This document shows, in pieces, positions 27,628 through 36,299 of a stretch of DNA of 64,000 nucleotides (the stretch's first letter is position 1; each line of letters starts with the position of its first letter). The notes beneath the pieces are model-generated. The model did not search any database, had not been told where the DNA came from, and was given only the letters and a program-made list of their open reading frames with translations. Position numbers and translations under genes: made by a program. Source of the stretch: a virus; IMG/VR virus record IMGVR_UViG_3300027749_000096, positions 1 through 64,000 of that record; one strand, 5' to 3'.

Positions 27628-27859
27628 TATTTACTATTTGAGGTTGTCTTAAAAAATCTCTATTTGAACTCTTCCCCATTTTTCTAAGAAGAGAATGTCC
27701 TCTTAGTTCATGATCATGCACCCATGTAACAATTCCTTTATGCTGATGTAGTTCTGTAAGATAACACTTATGTGCATTATTCTCTGGTGTAAGAAGTCCA
27801 TCATCAAAACTATTAAGAAGGTCTTCTAATAATTTAATTTCATTATTCTCCATATTCAA
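27578..27859 (-). CDS. hypothetical protein
   Basis: 93-aa ORF overlapping both neighbours. Confidence 0.5.
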   Translation of the reverse strand: MNMENNEIKLLEDLLNSFDDGLLTPENNAHKCYLTELHQHKGIVTWVHDHELRGHSLLRKMGKSSNRDFLRQPQIVNNDNPVKPNAPHKKNIR

Positions 27860-28493
27860 AGTTTAAAATTTTTCCCACTAAGTCACTTCTGTGATTGTGC
27901 TTAAGTTTAACCCATTCAATGCCTTCAATCTTTTTACTAAGTTCTATAGCATAAGATAACCCATTAAAAGGATCTTTAATATCTGTTTGTTCATTATCTC
28001 CATTGATAATTATCTTACCATGTTTTCCAAGCCTAGTTAGAATAGCTAACATCTCAGCTTTAGAAAGGTTTTGGGCTTCCTCTACAATAAGAACATCATC
28101 AATAGTTTTACCTCTGATAAATTGTACAGGAAGAGCATTAACTTTTTTACTAGATATGATTTCATCTATCCTCACCTTATCATAACACTTAATTAAGTTC
28201 TCTTGGAAAGCTTCTAAATAAGGATCAAACTTTTCATTTAAACTTCCTGGTAGAAAACCTAATGAATGACCCACTTCTACAGCAGCTCTAGTAACTAAGA
28301 TTTGTTCATATTGTTTTTTAAATAAAAAATCTAAAGCTGTTACAGCTGACACTAAACTTTTACCACATCCTGCTCTACCTGTAATAATAACTATTTGATT
28401 ATCAATGATTAATCTTTTAGTATCTTTCTGTTCTTCATTGAGTGATATTTTATATTTAATTTCACCCTTTAAAACTTTCTTTTCTTTTTCCAT
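27843..28493 (-). CDS. phoH: PhoH-family ATPase
   Basis: GRAGCGKS, LGFLPG, FIRGKT, IVEEAQN, LTRLG, GDNEQTD and HRS motifs. Confidence 0.92.
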   Translation of the reverse strand: MEKEKKVLKGEIKYKISLNEEQKDTKRLIIDNQIVIITGRAGCGKSLVSAVTALDFLFKKQYEQILVTRAAVEVGHSLGFLPGSLNEKFDPYLEAFQENLIKCYDKVRIDEIISSKKVNALPVQFIRGKTIDDVLIVEEAQNLSKAEMLAILTRLGKHGKIIINGDNEQTDIKDPFNGLSYAIELSKKIEGIEWVKLKHNHRSDLVGKILNFEYGE

Positions 28494-29323
28494 TAAGATT
28501 TAACTTTTAGATTATGTTTATTATCTTCCAACCAATGTATAATATCAATAGTTTCTTTCTTTAAATAAGGCAAATCATATTGCACTACTTCAGTGACAAT
28601 AGGATTACCATCAGTATCAAGAGCAGATATAGGGTTGTCAAACCTATCCCGTCCTGCCTCTTCAAACATGATGTGATGAATTGTAATGGTACCTGCAGTA
28701 AGCTTAGGATTATGTTTAAGAATAATAAACATATACATACTAAGCTGAATAGCATAATGATTAAGATTACAATCATCAAGATGATTGAGAGGAGAAGACA
28801 TTTTTTGAGAAACACCTTCCCAATTAGTAAATCCTTCAAGTTTAATTTCTTTATTAGTTTTATAATCTGTTATATGTACCACCCCATTAATAACTTCCAC
28901 TAAATCAGATTGACCACAGATGCCAGCAGATTTTAAATACACCATGTGTTCAGGGTAGACACCATTACCTATTTTTTGATTAGGTGAATATTTAATTCCT
29001 TCTTTCTCTATAGGTTTAAAAATAGGAACAGTGGTTCCATATCTTTCCATGTTCTCTAATCCACATATATCAGCTTCACGTTGGTTGTGATACCAAGTAC
29101 CTAAAGTTGTAGCTCTATTAGCTTCAGACTTCCAAGCTTCTTTAATTTCTGCAGGGGTCATCCCATACCATTTACTCTTTTTACTTTTAGCCACTTTAGC
29201 AGCTATTTTTTCTGCATCAAATGGTTGTTTAAAGTTTGATATTAAACTAGTTACACTTAACCAATTAGTATCATCCCCACTTGTGTATTTGTGATTGTGT
29301 GCTGTAAATTGTAATATACTCAT
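28493..29323 (-). CDS. PD-(D/E)XK exonuclease
   Basis: SVT, GTWYH, ICGQSDLV, ITDYKTN and YAIQLSMY motifs. Confidence 0.85.
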   Translation of the reverse strand: MSILQFTAHNHKYTSGDDTNWLSVTSLISNFKQPFDAEKIAAKVAKSKKSKWYGMTPAEIKEAWKSEANRATTLGTWYHNQREADICGLENMERYGTTVPIFKPIEKEGIKYSPNQKIGNGVYPEHMVYLKSAGICGQSDLVEVINGVVHITDYKTNKEIKLEGFTNWEGVSQKMSSPLNHLDDCNLNHYAIQLSMYMFIILKHNPKLTAGTITIHHIMFEEAGRDRFDNPISALDTDGNPIVTEVVQYDLPYLKKETIDIIHWLEDNKHNLKVKS

Positions 29324-29655
29324 AATGCTAATTTTAAATTTAGTTGGTCTTCCTCTTGTTGAGAAAGTTCAGCATCCCAATAGTTATTAGGACAAGCAGA
29401 ACTAAGACTTCTTGTTTTAAATGATAGTGAACATCCACATCCTCCTTTAAGTTGGTTGCAACATGGAGCAGTTCCTACCACCATACATCCATCCCCTGAT
29501 TCATCATATAAATCAGATGGGCATAATCTACAAATCCTCATTCTCTCTGCAGCTATTTCTTCTACGTCCTCACGTTTAAATACACTATTAGTAATACCCT
29601 CTATTATCTGTCCTTTGTTTTTCCAAATAGATATTATATTATTTTTTAATGACAT
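29320..29655 (-). CDS. Cys-rich Zn-binding hypothetical protein
   Basis: RMRICRLC...CGCSLSFKTRSLSSACP..W. Confidence 0.7.
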   Translation of the reverse strand: MSLKNNIISIWKNKGQIIEGITNSVFKREDVEEIAAERMRICRLCPSDLYDESGDGCMVVGTAPCCNQLKGGCGCSLSFKTRSLSSACPNNYWDAELSQQEEDQLNLKLAL

Positions 29656-30031
29656 TGGTACGTTTTTTATGTAATTTAATAAAATCTTTTCTCTGACCTT
29701 CTTCCTTCATAACTTCTTTAACAGCTTTTAAGTTTAATAAGTTTTCCACTGTTTTAAATCTAGCTGTCATTTGCTGCAATCCTTTTTGTTTATTAGACTC
29801 TTCCCATTTTTCTAAAAACTTAATTTCTTCATCTAGCTTCCAATGCTTTACAACAAAATCTCCTAAATTAGAAATATGTATTCTAGAATGTTTCATACTA
29901 CTAAGAGACTTTCTAACTTCTTGCCAGTAGTAGTTTATTACATCTTCTACAAGCTTATCAGGTATAGATAGTTCTTCAGCTACTACAGGAATATACTCTT
30001 TAGATTTTTTAGGTCTCAGCAACGTATACAA
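29639..30031 (-). CDS. HU/IHF-like DNA-binding protein
   Basis: VAEELSI...VEDVI....VRKSL...IHISNLGDF resembles the HU fold; typical of crAss-like terminase modules. Confidence 0.6.
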   Translation of the reverse strand: MYTLLRPKKSKEYIPVVAEELSIPDKLVEDVINYYWQEVRKSLSSMKHSRIHISNLGDFVVKHWKLDEEIKFLEKWEESNKQKGLQQMTARFKTVENLLNLKAVKEVMKEEGQRKDFIKLHKKRTNVIKK

Positions 30032-30374
30032 ATTTAAAATTAAGAAGAATGTTTCCTACAGAACAAACCTTCATCTCTGGATTAATAAATATTTTTTTCT
30101 TATTCTTCCCTTCCTTTACAAGAAGGTTTTTCTTTTCCACCTTTCTAAGAGAGTTACGTACAGATTGAATAGAAGAAAATATATTCTTAGAAAAAGCTTT
30201 CTGACAAAAACTAGAAAGTTCTTGATCTCCTTCTATAGCAAGATAGGTGAGACAGTTTAAATCTGCTTCACTAATTGATATTTTATTTATATAACAATGT
30301 GTAAGTATTTGGTACTGTACAATTTCCCATTTATTCAACTTTGCTTTCTTATCTATTTGATTTACAATAGCCAT
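30009..30374 (-). CDS. winged-helix DNA-binding protein
   Basis: SIQSVRNSLRKVEKKNLLVK..IFINP pattern. Confidence 0.55.
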   Translation of the reverse strand: MAIVNQIDKKAKLNKWEIVQYQILTHCYINKISISEADLNCLTYLAIEGDQELSSFCQKAFSKNIFSSIQSVRNSLRKVEKKNLLVKEGKNKKKIFINPEMKVCSVGNILLNFKFVYVAET

Positions 30375-30811
30375 TATAGTTCTAATTTAAAACTCATATA
30401 ATCTTCTTTAGTGTTGTTCCAGTCTTTATATAAAAGAATAGGAACAGCTCCAAAGTTTTCAAATATTTTCCAGCTGGCTCCCTTACGGGCTTCCCCTATT
30501 AAATATTTAAATTCAGAATTAGTCCCCCACTCTATAGCTAGTTTTATAAGGTCATGACCTATTCCTTTTCTCTGATGTGATGGAAGAACAGTGAAACTAT
30601 CTACATGTAGCACGTTGGTTGATTGCCACGATAGTAATACTTCTGCTATCAATTCAGAGTTTTCTTTAAGCCATATACCCTGGAAGTTTTTTTCCTCTTG
30701 TAACATATACAGTTTATATCCAGTGTCCCATCTAAGTTCTTTAGGATGTTCCTTTTCAAACTTAATGGTTTCATTATAATCCTTTAATTTATACAGGGGG
30801 GACATATTCAT
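30374..30811 (-). CDS. GNAT-family N-acetyltransferase
   Basis: FTVLPSHQRKGIGHDLI, acetyl-CoA-binding motif A. Confidence 0.85.
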   Translation of the reverse strand: MNMSPLYKLKDYNETIKFEKEHPKELRWDTGYKLYMLQEEKNFQGIWLKENSELIAEVLLSWQSTNVLHVDSFTVLPSHQRKGIGHDLIKLAIEWGTNSEFKYLIGEARKGASWKIFENFGAVPILLYKDWNNTKEDYMSFKLEL

Positions 30812-30813
30812 TC

Positions 30814-31203
30814 TTATACTTTTCTAAGTGTACGTTCTTTTTTTACTGGTTCTTCTTCTTTTGTTTCAACTGTTGATTCTGGTTCTTGTGTTCCTTGTCC
30901 AGGAATTAACACCTCATCTCCTAGTTGTACACCAGCCTCTACTAAGTCTGGGTTATTATCCAAATCTTCTTGAGTGATGGTATGAGGAATAGCTCCTTCT
31001 GGTACATCACTAGACTGACGTTGAGGGTTGGTGATCTGAGCAATCATACTCAAAGCCTTAAGCTCCTCCATTCTTTGTACTGCTAACCTAGTGTTAAGTT
31101 CTTGTAATTCAACTTGAACTTTCTTCACTTCAATTTGTTCAGATAGAAATTTAATAACTTCTTCTTTAGTTGGAGCTTGTTGCTCTGTCTGTTCTTTTTT
31201 CAT
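30814..31203 (-). CDS. hypothetical coiled-coil protein
   Basis: 129 aa; HTITQEDLDNNPDLVEAGVQLGD module. Confidence 0.7.
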   Translation of the reverse strand: MKKEQTEQQAPTKEEVIKFLSEQIEVKKVQVELQELNTRLAVQRMEELKALSMIAQITNPQRQSSDVPEGAIPHTITQEDLDNNPDLVEAGVQLGDEVLIPGQGTQEPESTVETKEEEPVKKERTLRKV

Positions 31204-31209
31204 TGTTTT

Positions 31210-31467
31210 TTATTTAAGTGTTAATACTTTTACTACATTCATTTGAGCATTAAGAATTTCTCCTATAGTATGACTATACAATTGATTTCTTAATTGAACT
31301 GTATTTATATTATGTCCATCATATGCATCAAATTGTTTCCAATGTTCATTTAATAAATCAGCAAGTTCTGCACACAGCTCTTTAGCTCTATTTACTTTAG
31401 GATCTCCACTAGGATTAAATGTTAGCCCTACTAATTTTTCTCCAAATGTCATTTCTCTTGTTTCCAT
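31210..31467 (-). CDS. Acb2/Tad1-like helical-hairpin protein (candidate immune-signal sponge)
   Basis: TFGEKLVGLTFNPSG..KV..AK...AELADLL...ILNAQMNVVKVLT resembles the Acb2/Tad1 hairpin family. Confidence 0.6.
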   Translation of the reverse strand: METREMTFGEKLVGLTFNPSGDPKVNRAKELCAELADLLNEHWKQFDAYDGHNINTVQLRNQLYSHTIGEILNAQMNVVKVLTLK

Positions 31468-31482
31468 TATTTTATTTTTTAA

Positions 31483-31785
31483 TTATAAATCTAAATCATT
31501 ATCTGAGCCTGGGATATCCTCATCTTCTGTATCATAATAAAATTCTTTATACTTCTTAAAGAACTCTTTATAAGGAGTGTCTATAATATATGTATCCCCT
31601 CCCTTAGTATATATAGATGTACACCCATATGCAAGAGCTCCCTCTTCATCTGATGTAAGTTTGGCTGCCTCAATACAATCCATATCAAATATAAAAGGCA
31701 TCCATTTACCATTATCCTCTATACCAAGAGCCTCCAGCTTAGAGAGGTCTAAAGAAACACATTGTAAATTACATTCATGTAACAT
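31483..31785 (-). CDS. hypothetical protein
   Basis: 100-aa ORF with an acidic tail. Confidence 0.7.
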   Translation of the reverse strand: MLHECNLQCVSLDLSKLEALGIEDNGKWMPFIFDMDCIEAAKLTSDEEGALAYGCTSIYTKGGDTYIIDTPYKEFFKKYKEFYYDTEDEDIPGSDNDLDL

Positions 31786-31786
31786 A

Positions 31787-31990
31787 TTATATAGTTGTTT
31801 GTTGTTTAGGTGAAACTGAATACTTATTATAGTTTATATACTTACTCTTGTTATTCCCCTTAATAATACCAGCTACAATCATTCTTTCTGTTATTCCATC
31901 CCTTACATCAATAACAGGAATTATTCTTTTCATCCCATCCCTGTTTATACTTTCTCTATAATGGGAATCTGTGTGTGGAGTCTTACTCAT
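31787..31990 (-). CDS. hypothetical protein
   Basis: 67 aa; the ATG abuts the promoter-like motif. Confidence 0.45.
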   Translation of the reverse strand: MSKTPHTDSHYRESINRDGMKRIIPVIDVRDGITERMIVAGIIKGNNKSKYINYNKYSVSPKQQTTI

Positions 31991-32025
31991 AATATAATAT
32001 ACTTTAAATGTTTAAACTTAGCAAA
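31990..32025 (-). promoter_or_regulatory. putative phage late promoter at the head of the structural module
   Basis: TTTG-N19-GTATATTATATTA. Confidence 0.6.
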
Positions 32026-32029
32026 TTTA

Positions 32030-32240
32030 TTATTCTAATTTATATACCCCTATATAAACTTATCCCCCCTTTATTCACATACATATTACACCCCCTCCCT
32101 CTTTTTTATATTAATTTTTTTTTGTAGAAAAAAGTTTGATGTTAGAGAATGGGATTACCTATTGGTCAAAACCCCCACTCCGTTTTGGTGGACAGGTGTG
32201 TCCCCCATAATTCATATTTATAAACGCATAAAACTTAACA
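32030..32240. other. strand-switch region with C-tracts and a DnaA-box match (possible origin or genome end)
   Basis: Divergence point of coding direction; five C4-C6 runs in an AT-rich genome; TTATTCACA at 32071-32079. Confidence 0.4.
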
Positions 32241-32242
32241 AA

Positions 32243-32548
32243 ATGCAAAAAGAATTTAAAGCAGTAGTAGAAACAGTATCTGATGTAGTGAAAACTAAAA
32301 AGAATGACAGCAGAAGTACATATAATGTATGTACAGTTAAATTTCTTAACGGTAGTCTACAAGGTAAAACTTACTTTGCACAACGTACTTTAACAAACAA
32401 AGACGGTGTAGAGAAGAAACCTGTTACCAAAGGACAAGAAGTACTTGTGTATTTATCACTTGTAGATAACAAACCGTTCTTTGAAATCAGTTCTGGTAGC
32501 AGTGATGTAGACAGTGCTGATGACATTATGGCTGCACTTGGGTTATAG
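32243..32548 (+). CDS. hypothetical beta-rich (OB-fold-like) protein
   Basis: Likely start at ATG 32243 (MQKEFKAVV) after an A-rich leader; followed by a terminator. Confidence 0.7.
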   Translation: MQKEFKAVVETVSDVVKTKKNDSRSTYNVCTVKFLNGSLQGKTYFAQRTLTNKDGVEKKPVTKGQEVLVYLSLVDNKPFFEISSGSSDVDSADDIMAALGL

Positions 32549-32560
32549 AACCCAAACACA

Positions 32561-32595
32561 ACACACACATATTAAACAATATGTGTGTGTTTTTT
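32561..32595 (+). terminator. Rho-independent terminator
   Basis: ACACACACATATT-AAAC-AATATGTGTGTGT followed by a T-run. Confidence 0.75.
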
Positions 32596-32676
32596 AATTG
32601 ACCTTACAAGAGTCTACCAACAGATTCTACCTATACATATTTCTTTTATTTCTTAACACACTAAATTCATTTAACA

Positions 32677-32814
32677 ATGAAACAAATTAATCTCACAATC
32701 AGAGAATGGTTCACCTTTAAAGAAATTGCTACCTTCATGTATGAGTTTACAGTTAATAAAGACTCTGTCATAATTAAGTGTGAAGCTCATTACTTAGAAC
32801 CACTAGGTTACTAA
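32677..32814 (+). CDS. small hypothetical protein (45 aa)
   Basis: Manually read: MKQINLTIREWFTFKEIATFMYEFTVNKDSVIIKCEAHYLEPLGY. Confidence 0.65.
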   Translation: MKQINLTIREWFTFKEIATFMYEFTVNKDSVIIKCEAHYLEPLGY

Positions 32815-33037
32815 ACAAATTAAGACCTGTATAATATACATATATAAACTCATATAGACATATTTATTTTATACAGGTCTTTGTTACTATTTTAGCCTAA
32901 AAAAGTTGTCTCCAGCCTGTGGACATACCTGACTTTACTATTGATAATCAATTAGTTGTGTGTGAGGGTGATGATGGGTGGAAACACCTCAATCTATTCT
33001 ATTAACACACAGAATGTGCTGAAAAAAACAAAAAATT

Positions 33038-33057
33038 TGTGGATGAGATGGCTATAA
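33038..33057 (-). repeat. dispersed 20-nt motif, copy 2 (variant)
   Basis: TTATAGCCATCTCATCCACA, 16/20 identical to copy 1. Confidence 0.55.
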
Positions 33058-33518
33058 CTCTTTAGAGATGAATAAACTCTTACAAACTTGTGGGGCTTCT
33101 ATGTTATTTATACATTAGTATTATCAGTACTACGTATATATTCAAACACTCTGATAAGGTGTTAATAACAAGATGGTGCAGACTTAAAAATCAAGTAGTG
33201 CTTATATATAGGGATAACAGATACCTATTTATATAGCTCTTTAAGGCAGTGATGTCACAATTCTGTAATGTTGTACAAACCACCTCAACATTTAGTCTAT
33301 AGGTTTGTGGTAAACCTAACTAACAATATCTATTTATCTATAAGGATAAATTAGATGCTTCTGATGTTTAGATGTTAGACCGTCACTTCTTATATGGTTA
33401 TAAGGAGATACATTAGCAGTTTATTATTATTTATGACACATTTAACGGGGCTGAGACCACAGCCCAAAGTCTTAACTCAAATCCTTTGTCTGTAGGATAT
33501 ATACAGATGACAACAATT

Positions 33519-33731
33519 ATGAAAAGTTTTAGAATTGAATGGGATACATTAAGAAATGGTCAATTCCCAACAGAACAAATGGAATCTTGTGGATTATCTG
33601 TATCTGTAACTAAGTTATCTGTATTTAAACAAGAGATAGAGTTAACTTCTACTACAGATGAAGATATTACACCATATTTAGCATTTGAAATAGGATGTTT
33701 AGTCACTGCTAGTGTTTATTCTAATAGATAA
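33519..33731 (+). CDS. hypothetical protein
   Basis: ORF track 33486..33731; likely start MKSFRIEW at 33519. Confidence 0.55.
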   Translation: MKSFRIEWDTLRNGQFPTEQMESCGLSVSVTKLSVFKQEIELTSTTDEDITPYLAFEIGCLVTASVYSNR

Positions 33732-33876
33732 ACTCCGTCTGATCAACGGGGGCTTAATTATAGTGGTTAAGCAGGAAAAGAGTTATGGGTAACAACCATA
33801 AATGTTGATTATGACTCAAACAAAAGGTGAAGACCATTCCTAGAGGGTAAAACTAATCCTATAAATCAACTGTAGG

Positions 33877-34120
33877 TATTCCCTGGAAGACTGGCTATTA
33901 AGGAAGCATAGTTAACACTCATATTGTCTGATGTATCAGAAGTGTTCTACCTTTTTACCAGTCTTTACGGAATAAAAGCAGTTGTAACAAATACTAGTTA
34001 GTAAGCATATAAACTGTGAAGGTTTATGTTGAAATAAGGCTGGAAGAGTGTTACCACAAAACTTGTAATTCAGAGGTCAAGAACCTGCTTACATGTTACA
34101 ACTGAGTGCAGAGGGGAATA
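33877..34120 (+). ncRNA. candidate structured RNA A
   Basis: Stems GAAGACTGG/CCAGTCTTT and CAGTTGTAACA/TGTTACAACTG (33979-34104), inner GTAAGCA/TGCTTAC; 3' TGCAGAGGG. Confidence 0.5.
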
Positions 34121-34226
34121 AAGTATTGTTGCTTTTTCTTTAACCAAGCAAACATCCAGTAAGTTACTGGCGTTGGGTCACCATAACAGACAAGTGACAT
34201 TTTTTAAAAAACTTAATAACTTTGCA

Positions 34227-34397
34227 AGTTGTTGAGCACACCAGTTTCTTTGAGACCTTCTAAACAACTTTCTAAAATTATTTATATTACCTAGGAATCT
34301 GATATAAATAAGGGTACAATCCATTAAGTAATGATATAGGTATATTGCCGAACTGTTTAGAAATAAAACTCAAAGTTTTAGGTGTAAAACACAAACT
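34227..34397 (+). ncRNA. candidate structured RNA C (nested long stem)
   Basis: Nested pairs ACACC/GGTGT, CTTTGAG/CTCAAAG and TTCTAAACA/TGTTTAGAA. Confidence 0.5.
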
Positions 34398-34436
34398 CAA
34401 AAAGGATATGTCTTCCTTATAATAGACAGGAATGTT

Positions 34437-34619
34437 ATGATTAGTTCAAAAATTGATTTAGATGAAATTGAACATTTAAAAATGGAACAATACATCAAAA
34501 GAATTGCAGAAATAAGAAGTGAAATAGAATTAACATATTCTAATCCCTCATTATCTGGTACAGCTAAAGATTTAGCTACAATTGCTGATCAAGAAGAAGA
34601 AATGAAGTATCAACAATAA
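34437..34619 (+). CDS. hypothetical protein
   Basis: 60-aa ORF. Confidence 0.5.
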   Translation: MISSKIDLDEIEHLKMEQYIKRIAEIRSEIELTYSNPSLSGTAKDLATIADQEEEMKYQQ

Positions 34620-34673
34620 CTATTTGAGTTTAGGGGGAGATGTGAAAACATTGAACCCTAAGCTTTAAACTAA

Positions 34674-34860
34674 TTCCTTTTGCATATTCTTCTTGATTAA
34701 TAAAGTCCTGTATTTAAATGGGATGCTGGAATACCAGATAATTAAAAGAAGACAGTTGTAATAGATGGCTTATAGCAAAGTAACCTAACCATTTCCTTTA
34801 GGAAAATAAAAGTAGAGTAGGTCTAGACTTCCAATATTACAACTGTTTATGCAAAGGGTA
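34674..34860 (+). ncRNA. candidate structured RNA B (three-way junction)
   Basis: CCTTTTGCATA/TATGCAAAGGG closing stem, TCTTCTT..TAAT/ATTA..AAGAAGA arm, and a perfect 12-bp ACAGTTGTAATA/TATTACAACTGT arm. Confidence 0.55.
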
Positions 34861-34892
34861 TAATATTTAATCAATTTTTAAAACAAAAAACA

Positions 34893-35228
34893 ATGAAAAT
34901 AATTTATGATAAGGATCTTTCTGGTAATCTAGCAGTATATATCCACTGTAAAACTGCTGGGGATTATTATGACATCAATAACAAAATGTATGTACACTCT
35001 GAATATGATACAGAATGGGATCAATTAATGGCTAGATTAGTAGAATTAAAATACTTTAACCATTATGACAAACAAGAATTAAAAAGTGCTGGTAATGTTA
35101 TTATACTTCTTGAATTTATAAGCTGTTCTCAAAAAGATATGCTTATAAAAGAACTTAATGTTTATTTAGAAGGAATAAAAGACGGACATTGTATATATGA
35201 AGTTAAATTTAGAAATCTTGACAATTAA
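34893..35228 (+). CDS. hypothetical protein
   Basis: 111-aa ORF with an A-rich leader. Confidence 0.7.
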   Translation: MKIIYDKDLSGNLAVYIHCKTAGDYYDINNKMYVHSEYDTEWDQLMARLVELKYFNHYDKQELKSAGNVIILLEFISCSQKDMLIKELNVYLEGIKDGHCIYEVKFRNLDN

Positions 35229-35241
35229 AAACAAAACAACA

Positions 35242-35469
35242 ATGAAATATTCAAACACAAGAATGTTTATAGAATACATTCTAATTGCATTTAGTACATA
35301 TCTTATTCTATCTTTGGTTATATCTATTATAGGGGGATTTAATTATAGAGAAGTATTATGCTCCACTAATCAAATCTGTGCTCTTATGTTTATTTATTGG
35401 TGGATTCCACTACCTAGAATGATAGATATGGAAAATGAAAACAACAATTTTATAACAAAAACAAAATAA
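35242..35469 (+). CDS. small membrane protein
   Basis: Likely start MKYSNTRM; two hydrophobic segments. Confidence 0.6.
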   Translation: MKYSNTRMFIEYILIAFSTYLILSLVISIIGGFNYREVLCSTNQICALMFIYWWIPLPRMIDMENENNNFITKTK

Positions 35470-35471
35470 AA

Positions 35472-35597
35472 ATGAAAAAAGAATTAACTCTAGGACAAAT
35501 TTTCCTAATTATGTTATTAATTATTGGTATGTGTAGCTGTAGTAGAACAAGCTGCCCTTCACATGACAGTAAATACTTCTATCATAATAGAATGTAA
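35472..35597 (+). CDS. small lipoprotein-like peptide (41 aa)
   Basis: Manually read: MKKELTLGQIFLIMLLIIGMCSCSRTSCPSHDSKYFYHNRM. Confidence 0.6.
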   Translation: MKKELTLGQIFLIMLLIIGMCSCSRTSCPSHDSKYFYHNRM

Positions 35598-35686
35598 TAT
35601 GAACAGATTTATTCAATTTATTAGGCTAATTAAATACCTATTCACAAAATGACATTTAAATTCATTATACAAAAAATAAACAAACA

Positions 35687-36094
35687 ATGAACACTATAAG
35701 ACAATTAGCAATGCAATGGAGTAATAATTTACCACCAGCAAATAAAGATTATTTAATGTATATTTATTATAATATTAGTGGTAGAGATTTTTCTGATTTA
35801 ACAGGTAGAGAAATAGAAAACATATTCTATAATGAGGTAATTCTAAAATGGTATGTTGATAAATTTGGTAAGATAGAATTTGATTATATTGAAGAAGAAA
35901 TAGAAAACATCTACCTTAAAGAACATTCTAAAGAAGAACCTAAACAAGAAACTACTCTTGAAGATATTAAACTTGAAGTAGTTTTAGAAAGTTCACATTG
36001 TCAATTTTCTGTGGTTGAAAATAAATTAGCAACAATATACAGAAATCAAGAAAAAATATTAACAGCTATTAAACTATTAAACAATGGAAAATAA
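35687..36094 (+). CDS. hypothetical protein
   Basis: 135 aa; LTGREIENI motif repeated as EEIENIY. Confidence 0.7.
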   Translation: MNTIRQLAMQWSNNLPPANKDYLMYIYYNISGRDFSDLTGREIENIFYNEVILKWYVDKFGKIEFDYIEEEIENIYLKEHSKEEPKQETTLEDIKLEVVLESSHCQFSVVENKLATIYRNQEKILTAIKLLNNGK

Positions 36095-36299
36095 AGAAAC
36101 ACTTGAAGAAGCTGCTGAAAAGTATGCTGAACCATTTGACAATAGATTTTGGGTATCAGCAACATTTAAAGAAGGTGCTGAATGGCAAGCTGAAAGAATG
36201 TATAGTGAGGAAGATATGAAATCAGCATTTTTTAGTGGTGGTGATATGAGAGATATAGAAGAATTTAACTATTGGTTTAAACAATATAAAAAGAAATAA
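36084..36299 (+). CDS. hypothetical protein
   Basis: ETLEEAAE...GAEWQAERMYSEED family common in Bacteroidota phages. Confidence 0.7.
   Translation: MENKETLEEAAEKYAEPFDNRFWVSATFKEGAEWQAERMYSEEDMKSAFFSGGDMRDIEEFNYWFKQYKKK

Noticed and set aside
2340-31813. Plus-strand ORFs antisense to structural genes (e.g. 2340, 4930, 9686, 14157, 16104, 20436, 21161, 25410, 28580)
   Set aside because: They are shadows of longer, motif-bearing minus-strand genes and have no recognisable domains.
33731-33784. Hammerhead ribozyme (CTGATCA...GAAA)
   Set aside because: The core reads CUGAUCA rather than CUGAnGA and sits in a hairpin loop, so the required junction topology is not met.
32550-34890. Canonical tRNA cluster or CRISPR array in the non-coding region
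   Set aside because: No GTTCRA T-loop cloverleafs and no regularly spaced identical repeats were found by eye.
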